From Nitrospirota bacterium (GTDB taxonomy: Bacteria; Nitrospirota; UBA9217): 64,000 nt of DNA. Positions 23,510-31,701 of the stretch are shown in pieces. The stretch is from contig CAWJQQ010000002.1 in NCBI GenBank assembly GCA_963845065.1, positions 320,001-384,000 of the forward strand, read 5' to 3'. The position numbers and the translations under genes are program-made. The notes beneath the pieces are model-generated. The model was given only the letters and a program-made list of their open reading frames with translations. It was not told the DNA's origin and searched no databases. Every line of letters starts with the position of its first letter. The stretch's first letter is position 1.

Positions 23510-24247
23510 TTAGTAAAATGGTTTTTTGAGTGTGAAGAGGAAATAGTGTTCATCCTGGTTCCATACCTGGATCACAGGACCTCTGCGAATCAGTTCACGC
23601 CATATGTCGGTTGATTTTTTTTTGAAAACGGACTGTGCATCAGCAAGAACAACGAGCCAGTCTCCGCGTAAGATTTCCCGGTCGAGTTGCACCGATGACC
23701 ACCCCGCATAGCCGGCATAGATTCGGAATTGGCGCCCCTTCTTGCCAGCACCGACCAAATGTTCTAGGGTATTCTTGCTCGAACTGACATATACGTTACT
23801 GAACACAGAAACAGACTCGGGTGGTTTTTCATCGGACTGAATGAGCATCAACATGCGGTATTCTTCAACGGGGCCTCCATAGTATACGACAGTCTGTTTT
23901 TTCAGACCCGGCACAGAGGGGAGTAATTCGATCAGAGGCACGTTGGTAGGACGATTAATTATGAGCCCTGTAGCGCCCAAGGCATTATAATCAATCAGCA
24001 GGATAACGGACTCCTGGAATCGGGGGTCGATAAGATTTCGCGTGGCAACGAGAAATTTACCCTTAGCAGGACGCACACTGAACGGATCCGGCTCGGTCAA
24101 TGCAGGTGCGTCAGACATTCGGACAGGCAAATCACTAACATATGCCCCTGCATTCACGAAAACCAGAGAAGTTACAAGCGTTGTAGCAATAACGGTTGCA
24201 GCAACGAATAGCGCCTTACGCATAAATCTGACGGTTAGAAACAGCAT
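23510..24247 (-). CDS. YqgE/AlgH family protein with N-terminal signal/TM
   Basis: GKFLVA, DPRF..SVI, GLIINRP, YGGPVE, YAGYAGW...QL..E motifs. Confidence 0.88.
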   Translation of the reverse strand: MLFLTVRFMRKALFVAATVIATTLVTSLVFVNAGAYVSDLPVRMSDAPALTEPDPFSVRPAKGKFLVATRNLIDPRFQESVILLIDYNALGATGLIINRPTNVPLIELLPSVPGLKKQTVVYYGGPVEEYRMLMLIQSDEKPPESVSVFSNVYVSSSKNTLEHLVGAGKKGRQFRIYAGYAGWSSVQLDREILRGDWLVVLADAQSVFKKKSTDIWRELIRRGPVIQVWNQDEHYFLFTLKKPFY

Positions 24248-24510
24248 TGACGTAATCCTTCACTCAGCCCTAGACCTCTCTTCTTAAACGTAACAAAAGT
24301 TCGACAGCGTGTCAATGCGGAATTGGCGGCAAACGTTTGTTTGTTTCAAATGGTCAATTGCTGTCCACAAGAGAGAAGTTGTGATTATTTGGGGTGGAAG
24401 AAAAATCCAGGGAAGTTATCTTTTGGAATCTGCTGCGATACTGCGTTCGGTAAAGAATTAACAGCACGACTGCCTCATGTAGACTAGAATTGAGGAGTCA
24501 CCGTACCCAC

Positions 24511-24552
24511 AAAAAAAGCCTTTGCCATGTCTCTGGCAAAGGCTTTGCTTTT
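24511..24552. terminator. Bidirectional intrinsic terminator downstream of the glt operon
   Basis: AAAAAAAGCCTTTGCCA-TGTCTC-TGGCAAAGGCTTT. Confidence 0.8.
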
Positions 24553-24566
24553 ATGAATCGTTTTAT

Positions 24567-24613
24567 CTCAATGCGCCGTAAGACCACGGCCGTGAGGCCG
24601 GGGAGGATGTCAA
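24567..24613 (+). repeat. 47-bp fused LE/RE IS200/IS605 mini-element
   Basis: TTTAT|CTCAATGCGCCGTAAGACCACGGCCGTGAGGCCGGGGAGGATGTCAA; the 5' part is nearly identical to the left end at 22869. Confidence 0.75.
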
Positions 24614-24643
24614 GTAAGGCGTGTGCGTGAGGGCACATCGTCG

Positions 24644-26971
24644 CTACACATTCTCCACCATCTCCCACACTCCGCAGGGACATATGCCGGCACAGAAACC
24701 GCAGCCGATGCACTTCGATTCATCGACGACATATTCGAAAGACTTGTTCGGGAGTTTCCTTCTCGCGATGGCGCCGTAGTAACACGACTGTTCGCACATG
24801 CCGCAGTCCCTGCAGGAGCCGCAGGACATGCAGCGGTCGGCTTCCTTTTTCGGTGAAAATTTTATATCGCTCAGTCTGCAAACTTCATAATATTCGGTTT
24901 TGATCCTCTCGTAGGGGATCATGCGTCGCTCTTCGGGCACGTAATCGGTATTCATGAGCAGAGAATGGACTTTATCCGCGGTGACCTTGCCCGCTCCGAT
25001 GGCGTGGGTCACGAGACCGGGCTTGGTTGCGTCGCCAATAGCAAAGACCTTCACGTCAGAGGTCTGGCCGAGATCGTTGACCGTGATGTAGCCCCGGTCG
25101 GTGTTAATCGATGCAGGCAGGAAGTCAAGTACCGGTTTCTCGCCGATCGAGACGATCACCATATCCGCGTCGAGCAAAGTGCCATCCTTAAAAATGATTT
25201 TTTTTGCCTTGGCATCATATTTTTCAGTAACCTTCGGGAAGAGTACTCGCGTGCCCTTTGACGAAGCCAGCTCCATTTCTTTGCCGAATGCAGCCGGCTT
25301 TTGGATGTCAACGCACGTGACAAGTGAGGCGCCGTGGTCCCAAGCCTGGCACGCGATGTCCATGCCTACATTGCCTGCGCCGATCACAACGACCTTCTTC
25401 CCCTTTACGCTCCGGGGTTTACCGAAATTGATCTCCTTCAGGTAATCGATGCCCTTTACCACGTCCTCGTGTCCCAGGAAAGGAATCACACGGCCTTCCT
25501 GGGCGCCCACGGCGATGACTACCACATCGTGGTTCTTATAGATGTTCTCGAATTTCGATTTGTCAACCTTGGCCCTGGTCTGGACGTTTACCCCGATCTC
25601 GGCAAAACGTGCAAGTTCTTTGTCCAGGATCTTCTTGGGCAAGCGTTCGCGGGGGATGCACATCTCCAACTTTCCGCCGATCTTGGGCGATGCTTCAAAA
25701 AGGTCAACGCTGTGGCCCTTGAGGCCGAGTTGCCATGCTACCGAGAGACCGCCCGGTCCGCCGCCGATCACCGCAATCTTGCTGCCGGTTGCTTTCGCTT
25801 TCTTCGGCGCCTTCAAGTTCAACGCAGCTGACCCGTATTCTTTAATGTTTAACGGCTTATCAACCCTGCCGCGAGTGCAGTCGGTCATGCAGAGGTTCGG
25901 GCAGATCGTCCCGCAGACCGTTGCTGGGAGCGGGCTGTACTGGAGCACTAGACTGAGGGCTTCAGCCGTTCTCCCCTGTCTCAAGAGAGCCGCGCGCTTA
26001 TGCGACGGGATGCGCGATGGGCAGGCATAGGCGCAGGGCGGAAGGTACATATCGTTCTTCCACATCGGCTTCCAGCGCCGTTCTTCGCCGGTGGTTACGT
26101 ATGGAAGCACGGAGCGCTCGTGGGTAAGATAAGCGCCGAACATGCCGCCCATTCCCACTTCTTTTTCCCACACATTCAATCGATACTCGGTGAGCCCCAT
26201 CTTGAGCTTGCCTTTTACCTTTGCCTTCTCGGCAGGAGTAAAGGCAATGAGCTTCTTCCAACTATTGATATCTTTTGTCAATTCTTCATAGTATGAATTT
26301 CGGTCAATGGCCGCAAGATATAGCTTCATGTTCGTGGTGAGCCACTCCCAGTCCTGCTCCGAAAGGTCAACGAGCTTCACGTCGTTTTTACTATATTCTT
26401 TGATGGGCCCTCTGAAATAGATCGTACCGCCCACCATGCCCACGCAGGGACGGTATCCCAGAATATTTTCTGGATCGCGGGGATTCACGCCGCAGACCAC
26501 AGCTATACCGCCGGCTTTGAACTCGGCAAAAGAGTCACCTACGCCCCGGAAATACCAGGACTCCAGGTCTGAAAGGCGCGGGTTCTTCTTCGTCATGGTG
26601 TCGCAGCGCGCTCCACCGCCGCCCTGGACATAGAGCTTGCCCTGAGCGCCTGCGTTATGCGCCCCGTTCGCCACGTCGCCCAGGACTGTTATGGTTGCGC
26701 CGCAGTTCAGCCAGCCAGCGTCGTCCGAGGACGAACCCTTTACCAGGATCTCCGTCCCCTCCATGCCCATGCTGCCCACACGCTGGCCGGAAGTACCTTC
26801 AATGGTGACACTCACCCTGCCGTACTGCGGCCAGATGCGTCCGCCAATGCCGTGCTGGCCATCGGCAACGATGGTGAGTTCTTTGGCGCCGTCCTTGATG
26901 GCTTTCTGGATCTTTTCTTCGAGGTTTTTCGAAGTGACCCGTTTTCCGTCAATATTGCCTTTGATTATCAT
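24644..26971 (-). CDS. Glutamate synthase GXGXG domain fused to a GltD-like FAD/NAD(P)H oxidoreductase and ferredoxin
   Basis: GQHGIGG/GDSFAEF domain, CAYACP, CGTICPNLC, GGGPGG, GAGNVG, C-terminal 4Fe-4S motifs. Confidence 0.88.
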   Translation of the reverse strand: MIIKGNIDGKRVTSKNLEEKIQKAIKDGAKELTIVADGQHGIGGRIWPQYGRVSVTIEGTSGQRVGSMGMEGTEILVKGSSSDDAGWLNCGATITVLGDVANGAHNAGAQGKLYVQGGGGARCDTMTKKNPRLSDLESWYFRGVGDSFAEFKAGGIAVVCGVNPRDPENILGYRPCVGMVGGTIYFRGPIKEYSKNDVKLVDLSEQDWEWLTTNMKLYLAAIDRNSYYEELTKDINSWKKLIAFTPAEKAKVKGKLKMGLTEYRLNVWEKEVGMGGMFGAYLTHERSVLPYVTTGEERRWKPMWKNDMYLPPCAYACPSRIPSHKRAALLRQGRTAEALSLVLQYSPLPATVCGTICPNLCMTDCTRGRVDKPLNIKEYGSAALNLKAPKKAKATGSKIAVIGGGPGGLSVAWQLGLKGHSVDLFEASPKIGGKLEMCIPRERLPKKILDKELARFAEIGVNVQTRAKVDKSKFENIYKNHDVVVIAVGAQEGRVIPFLGHEDVVKGIDYLKEINFGKPRSVKGKKVVVIGAGNVGMDIACQAWDHGASLVTCVDIQKPAAFGKEMELASSKGTRVLFPKVTEKYDAKAKKIIFKDGTLLDADMVIVSIGEKPVLDFLPASINTDRGYITVNDLGQTSDVKVFAIGDATKPGLVTHAIGAGKVTADKVHSLLMNTDYVPEERRMIPYERIKTEYYEVCRLSDIKFSPKKEADRCMSCGSCRDCGMCEQSCYYGAIARRKLPNKSFEYVVDESKCIGCGFCAGICPCGVWEMVENV

Positions 26972-27052
26972 TGTTCCCTCAAAAAAGTAGATACTAATCG
27001 GAAGGAAATTCTGTTTCCTGTCCCTGCATGCTATCTACTGTCCATTGCATCG

Positions 27053-28708
27053 TTAACAGACGTAGCTGATCTGCAGCCGGTCCGCAATTTCTTTGTCGTT
27101 CACGCCTAGAGCATCGGACATGCCGATCGGAAGTTCGGTACTACGGCCCAGCGGAGCAAAAATCTTTTTGAGTTCCACATCCGCAGCCTTGAACACCTCC
27201 ACCACGCGCTCGGCAACCTTGTCCGGGTCGAGCCGACGGTAAAGTTTAGGGTCCTGCGTAGTAATGCCGCGTGGGCATTTCCCAAGGTTACAGACGTTGC
27301 AACGGTTATACTCATCGCCGAAGCAACCTGCTGCTGCCTGCATCATGTACTTGCCGGTGTCGACTGCTGAAGCACCGAGCATAATTAGCGCAGCTGCGTT
27401 CGCAGCCAGATTGCCACCTTTCCCCACGCCGCCTGCGGCGATAAGAGGAAGCTCGTTCTGCTTGCCCTGTTTCACGAGATCGAGGTAGCAGTCGCGGATG
27501 TTGGACGCGATTGGATGGCCCATCTTATCCATCGAAACGTTGTACGCTGCGCCGGTGCCTCCGTCCTCCCCGTCGATGCAGAGGGCCGCGGCATAGGGGT
27601 TCCGCGCGAGGTTGTTCAATACTGCACGGGCAGTCTTGGTGCCTGAGATTTTCGGATAGACTGGCACGCGGAAGCCCCAAGCCATGGACATGGACTGTAT
27701 CATCTTTGCAACAGCTTCTTCGATGGAGTATTTGGTCTGGTGTGTGGGCGGCGATGCCAGGTCGACGAACTGTGGCACTCCGCGGATTTTCGCGATCAAG
27801 CCGAGAACTTTATAAGCCTGGAGCAAGCCACCGTCGCCAGGCTTTGCGCCTTGGCCGTATTTGATCTCGATGGCAGCAGGATCTTCACTCATATCAGGAA
27901 GAGCACGAATAATCTCGTCCCAGCCGAAGTAACCCGACGCGATCTGGAGGATGAAGTATTTGATGTAGCGTGACTTCAGAATGCTGGGGGGCATTCCGCC
28001 CTCGCCCGAACACATGACCACGGGCATCCCCTCGACCTCATTCAAATAGGTAATTCCCATTGCAAGACCTTCCCACATGTGCGGTGATAGAGCGCCGATG
28101 GACATGCTGCCTATGCGGATGGGGTAAATCTCCCGCACCGGCGGGATGAAGGTGTGATTGCTGATCAAAAGCTTATCGCCTTCGACCTTGAGCGGGAGCT
28201 GTTCTGCAGGAAGGTTCCTGCCCAAAAGCGTCCGAACACGGAACTCATGACGACCGGCGTCCAAGGCTGGGTCAGTCAGCATCGAGATGCGTGTGAATTT
28301 AAGCTTGTCTAGCGTTGACTGTGATGGATCGTTCCTACGTCCACCACGCATAAAAGGTATGCCGCCCTTGTTCTTATAGTGATAGAGCTTGTGCTGGAAA
28401 TTATACTCGGGAAAGATGGCGTCCGTGGGGCAGACGAGCGAGCAGGTCCCGCAGCCGATGCAGTAACGGTCGATTTCCGTCACCTGGCGCACTACCTGAG
28501 TAAGCCTGCGCGCAACTTTGGGCTCAGGGGTCGTGCCCTCTGAGGACACGACGCGTTGCGTGTATACGGTGGCCTCGATAGACTTCATGGGACAAACGGC
28601 GGTGCAACGTCCGCAACGGGTGCAGCGGTCCTCGCGCCATTGAATAATATAGGGCAGCTCTTTAAGCGATAGCTGATGGTTTTTATCTAACCGTGAAGCT
28701 GATTCCAT
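27053..28708 (-). CDS. Glutamate synthase FMN-binding subunit with N-terminal ferredoxin
   Basis: MSIGALS, SGEGG, QIASGYFG, EIKYGQGAKPGDGG, GGTGAA, C..C..CPRGITTQ. Confidence 0.92.
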   Translation of the reverse strand: MESASRLDKNHQLSLKELPYIIQWREDRCTRCGRCTAVCPMKSIEATVYTQRVVSSEGTTPEPKVARRLTQVVRQVTEIDRYCIGCGTCSLVCPTDAIFPEYNFQHKLYHYKNKGGIPFMRGGRRNDPSQSTLDKLKFTRISMLTDPALDAGRHEFRVRTLLGRNLPAEQLPLKVEGDKLLISNHTFIPPVREIYPIRIGSMSIGALSPHMWEGLAMGITYLNEVEGMPVVMCSGEGGMPPSILKSRYIKYFILQIASGYFGWDEIIRALPDMSEDPAAIEIKYGQGAKPGDGGLLQAYKVLGLIAKIRGVPQFVDLASPPTHQTKYSIEEAVAKMIQSMSMAWGFRVPVYPKISGTKTARAVLNNLARNPYAAALCIDGEDGGTGAAYNVSMDKMGHPIASNIRDCYLDLVKQGKQNELPLIAAGGVGKGGNLAANAAALIMLGASAVDTGKYMMQAAAGCFGDEYNRCNVCNLGKCPRGITTQDPKLYRRLDPDKVAERVVEVFKAADVELKKIFAPLGRSTELPIGMSDALGVNDKEIADRLQISYVC

Positions 28709-29796
28709 ACTTTAGCCTCCCGCGCACCGGGCGCGATGATCACCATGTCGTACTTCATGGGGAAGATGTCCGTTGACCTGTCCCGGTCTGGGATCGCGCT
28801 GTCAATGCCGCAGACCTCAGACATGAGTGCGAACTTGCCGGGCTTGCCGCCCACAGCGCCAGGCCGAAGCTTTTTCGAGTCCTGCACCATAAAGACCGTG
28901 CCGTCGGGAGTGAACCCGATCACGCAGTTCGGACCGTCGATGCAGAGGGGACGAAGAGATTTCTTGAGAAGTCGGAGCGCGGCAGCGTCGGAGCGTTGGT
29001 TGATCTCCGCGTCTTTCATTGGCGTGATGATGTCTTTATAATATTGGAGCGGATACCCGAGGGACCGGTTCGTATAGTGCATGATGTGCGTAAAGACCTC
29101 GGAGTCAGAATTGTAGCCCATATAACCCGGGTTACCCCGGCCCATTAGAAATTCACGGATCGGTACAAAAGCCGTATTTTCTCCATTCGTCATCGTTGCG
29201 TATCCCTGAATGAAGAAAGGATGGCAAGCATAGAGATAGATGGCGTAATTAGTGTTTTGCCTTCCCTGGGCCAGGACGATCTTCGATTTGAGTCCAGCCT
29301 GTTCAAGACCGAAAAATTCGCCGAGTTGCAGAGGGTCTCCTACTTCCTTTAGCGTCAGCACATCGGGATAAAAGGAGAAGACGAAGAGAGACCCGTCCGG
29401 TTCACCCATAAGCCGCAGCGCGAGCCGTGTGTGCATGAGCAGGTCTTCCTGCTCCGATTTCGGTCGTTCCTGATACACAGCAGGATAGTCATACACCTTG
29501 GCGATGTAGTGCTCGCGGCGTTCGACACCAGGAACGTTCTTGATGGGCGGCTCCCAAGAGAACTTTTCGAGGAAGCCTTGGGATTTCATGTAGGCCTCTA
29601 GCATGCCAAGGCCATTGTTCGAGCAGATGGCTGACAGAGTAGGGTATTTTTTGAATTCCGCGAAAGGCCCCGCCAAGTCCCTAAGCATAAGACCGAGGCC
29701 AGACCCGTCATGGCCTTCCTTCATGGTCTCGAGCGAATGAATATTCTCCATAGGGGAGATGTAGTCGCTCGACGTTATTGCACTCAACCGGCACAT
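28687..29796 (-). CDS. Glutamate synthase class-II glutamine amidotransferase subunit
   Basis: N-terminal MC nucleophile, RQNTN, HPF, NGE, SDSE, DGP, LRP. Confidence 0.9.
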   Translation of the reverse strand: MCRLSAITSSDYISPMENIHSLETMKEGHDGSGLGLMLRDLAGPFAEFKKYPTLSAICSNNGLGMLEAYMKSQGFLEKFSWEPPIKNVPGVERREHYIAKVYDYPAVYQERPKSEQEDLLMHTRLALRLMGEPDGSLFVFSFYPDVLTLKEVGDPLQLGEFFGLEQAGLKSKIVLAQGRQNTNYAIYLYACHPFFIQGYATMTNGENTAFVPIREFLMGRGNPGYMGYNSDSEVFTHIMHYTNRSLGYPLQYYKDIITPMKDAEINQRSDAAALRLLKKSLRPLCIDGPNCVIGFTPDGTVFMVQDSKKLRPGAVGGKPGKFALMSEVCGIDSAIPDRDRSTDIFPMKYDMVIIAPGAREAKVWNQLHG

Positions 29797-29915
29797 TCTT
29801 GCACTCCTGTCCTTTGGTCGTTATGTTTCTGAGGGATCTGGTTCGGGATTCGTTCCGGTGGGATAACCCTCTGGATGCAGATGCAATCGCTCCTGCACAC
29901 TTTTTCAGCAAAGGC

Positions 29916-30003
29916 AAAAAAAGCCCCTTAGTCGGGGGCTTTTAGCACTCGGAGAACATATCCAAGTTTAAATACAATACACCTGATTGTGTTAAGCTGT
30001 CAA
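29916..30003 (-). promoter_or_regulatory. Promoter and leader terminator upstream of the glutamate synthase operon
   Basis: TTGACA-N18-TATTGT (30003-29974), then AAAAGCCCCC-GACTAA-GGGGCTTTTTTT before the first gene. Confidence 0.55.
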
Positions 30004-30174
30004 GCCGAAATTTCGATGTACTCCCGGAAAAACAGAGGGATAGTAGGCGTCTAGGGCGTCGTTCGCATCAAAAAGTATGATATTTCAGCGGAGCCCCTCT
30101 TTTAATGATGCTGCGGATGAGGGCCAGTATGGCGGCACATGCGTGGCACAGTTTATTGCGGGTAAAAATCTTTA

Positions 30175-30214
30175 TTTCACTTCCCGCCTTCTGTTGCGAA
30201 GGCGGGAAGTGAAA
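30175..30214. terminator. Strong hairpin after the DUF2892 gene
   Basis: TTTCACTTCCCGCCTTC-TGTTGC-GAAGGCGGGAAGTGAAA perfect inverted repeat. Confidence 0.75.
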
Positions 30215-30216
30215 CG

Positions 30217-30408
30217 TTACTGGCACTTCTTACAGGTTTTTATGCCGAGGAGCGCATAGGGTGCGCACCAGCCCATGACACCCGTGGTAAGCGGTATGAT
30301 TCCTAGGTAAGCCCAATTGGTTTTCGGCCCCACAAAAGCGAGAGAAATGATGAATAAACCCGCGATTACCCTGAATGTTCTTTCCCATGATCCGACATTT
30401 TTCTTCAT
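30217..30408 (-). CDS. DUF2892 (YgaP-like) small membrane protein
   Basis: MKKNVG..ER..R..G, PL.TG..GWC..Y.LLGI.TC. Confidence 0.9.
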   Translation of the reverse strand: MKKNVGSWERTFRVIAGLFIISLAFVGPKTNWAYLGIIPLTTGVMGWCAPYALLGIKTCKKCQ

Positions 30409-30499
30409 AATCTGTTCCTCCTTAATTTATGTATGAGCCGGCCAGCTGTCGCAGAGCCGTTTGCTGCTTGGCACCATACCAGATCAAAAGACTAATGTC

Positions 30500-30514
30500 T
30501 GTGACTTTGTCACA
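30500..30514. promoter_or_regulatory. Palindromic operator, candidate site for the neighbouring Crp/Fnr regulator
   Basis: TGTGAC-TTT-GTCACA between the Crp/Fnr gene and DUF2892. Confidence 0.5.
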
Positions 30515-30519
30515 TTTAT

Positions 30520-30904
30520 CGTGCCTGGCCAAGAGGACCCCACCAAACTACGTTTTGGTTGAGAATGAATTGGTACTTTTGCTATCTATCGATAACTCAA
30601 CACTTGACAACCTGTAATAATTTACTAAAATAGGAATCAGTTCTTTGCAATCAGTATGGAGTTGACACCAGTATTTGGGTGGTATCGTAAAACTGATTCC
30701 CATAGCGCAACATGACTTATCTGTGATTTGACATGAGTTCGCAGATGGTATCTTAGAACGATACGTACAACATGTAAATCACCGCCGAGTTTGCGAGAGG
30801 AAACTCTCGTGAGTGACACTGCATCTTCCAAGCGGTTGGCTATCCCTAATAAGGAACCACATTCTTGGAAGCCCCAACCAATATTTGGTTGCGGGAGCAT
30901 TCAC
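30520..30904 (+). mobile_element. Protein-free IS200/IS605-like element, copy A (structured ncRNA candidate)
   Basis: Aligns end to end with 40032-40414; follows TTAT, has LE and RE hairpins, ends GGGAGCATTCAC. Confidence 0.8.
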
Positions 30905-30906
30905 TG

Positions 30907-31536
30907 TTACAAAAGAGTTATCGAATTCCGGGAGAGCTTGACCTGCTGTTTTCGCTCAAAATCCTTGAGCAGGCGGCTGATTACTTCGCGGGAAGTGCCG
31001 AGGTCATTGGCAATCTTCTGATGGGTAGTCTCGAGACTGCGGTCCTTAGACTTGTCGAGGAGATAGTCCATAAGTCGCTGGTCCATTCTGCCGAACGCCA
31101 CTTCCTCAACGAGTTCCATGACGCTTGCGAGTCGTTGGCTGAGAAGCGTAAATATAAAGGCCCACATCTCCTCATTTTCCATGACAAACCTTTTAAAATC
31201 GGAAGAGGGCACAAGAAGCAAGTTTACATCTGAGACGGCGACGGCATTTGCCGGATAGGAAGTATGGGAGAGAATGCAAGAGGCATTCAGGATGCAAGTC
31301 TCTCCTGGGCCAATTTCGTAAAGTGTAATTTCCCTGCCTGTTTCCCCGATCTTATATACCCGAATCTCACCTAAAAGGATAAAAGCAATGGCCGTGCACG
31401 TATCTCCTTCGGCATAGATTCGGGCATTACGGGGTATCGACTGCAGTCGGCCGGCCGCAATCATTGCGGGCACGACATTTTGCAGTCTGCCGCGAAAAGT
31501 CGGAAAAGCATTCAGAAAGTCTTCTTTAGTTACCAT
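30907..31536 (-). CDS. Crp/Fnr family transcriptional regulator
   Basis: GREITLY..GPGE.C cNMP domain; THQKIANDLGTSREVISRLLK HTH. Confidence 0.92.
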   Translation of the reverse strand: MVTKEDFLNAFPTFRGRLQNVVPAMIAAGRLQSIPRNARIYAEGDTCTAIAFILLGEIRVYKIGETGREITLYEIGPGETCILNASCILSHTSYPANAVAVSDVNLLLVPSSDFKRFVMENEEMWAFIFTLLSQRLASVMELVEEVAFGRMDQRLMDYLLDKSKDRSLETTHQKIANDLGTSREVISRLLKDFERKQQVKLSRNSITLL

Positions 31537-31701
31537 AGTGTACCTGTTCACCGCGTTCGTTATTATACCGAGTTTCTCCGTCCGCACAAATAAAATAAGC
31601 AGCAGGAACTCCTTCCGGGTTCATCGGCTTATATTTCCGCCACAAGTTACGCGTGGCGTCCGAGCAGATTATTCCCAATCCTTCGGTGTTCCTTCTCGTC
31701 A

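Noticed and set aside
30637..30900. 87-aa ORF and its 81-aa counterpart at 40165-40410 as a duplicated protein gene
   Set aside because: They lie antisense within the repeated element; indels shift the frame between copies and the substitutions fit RNA pairing.
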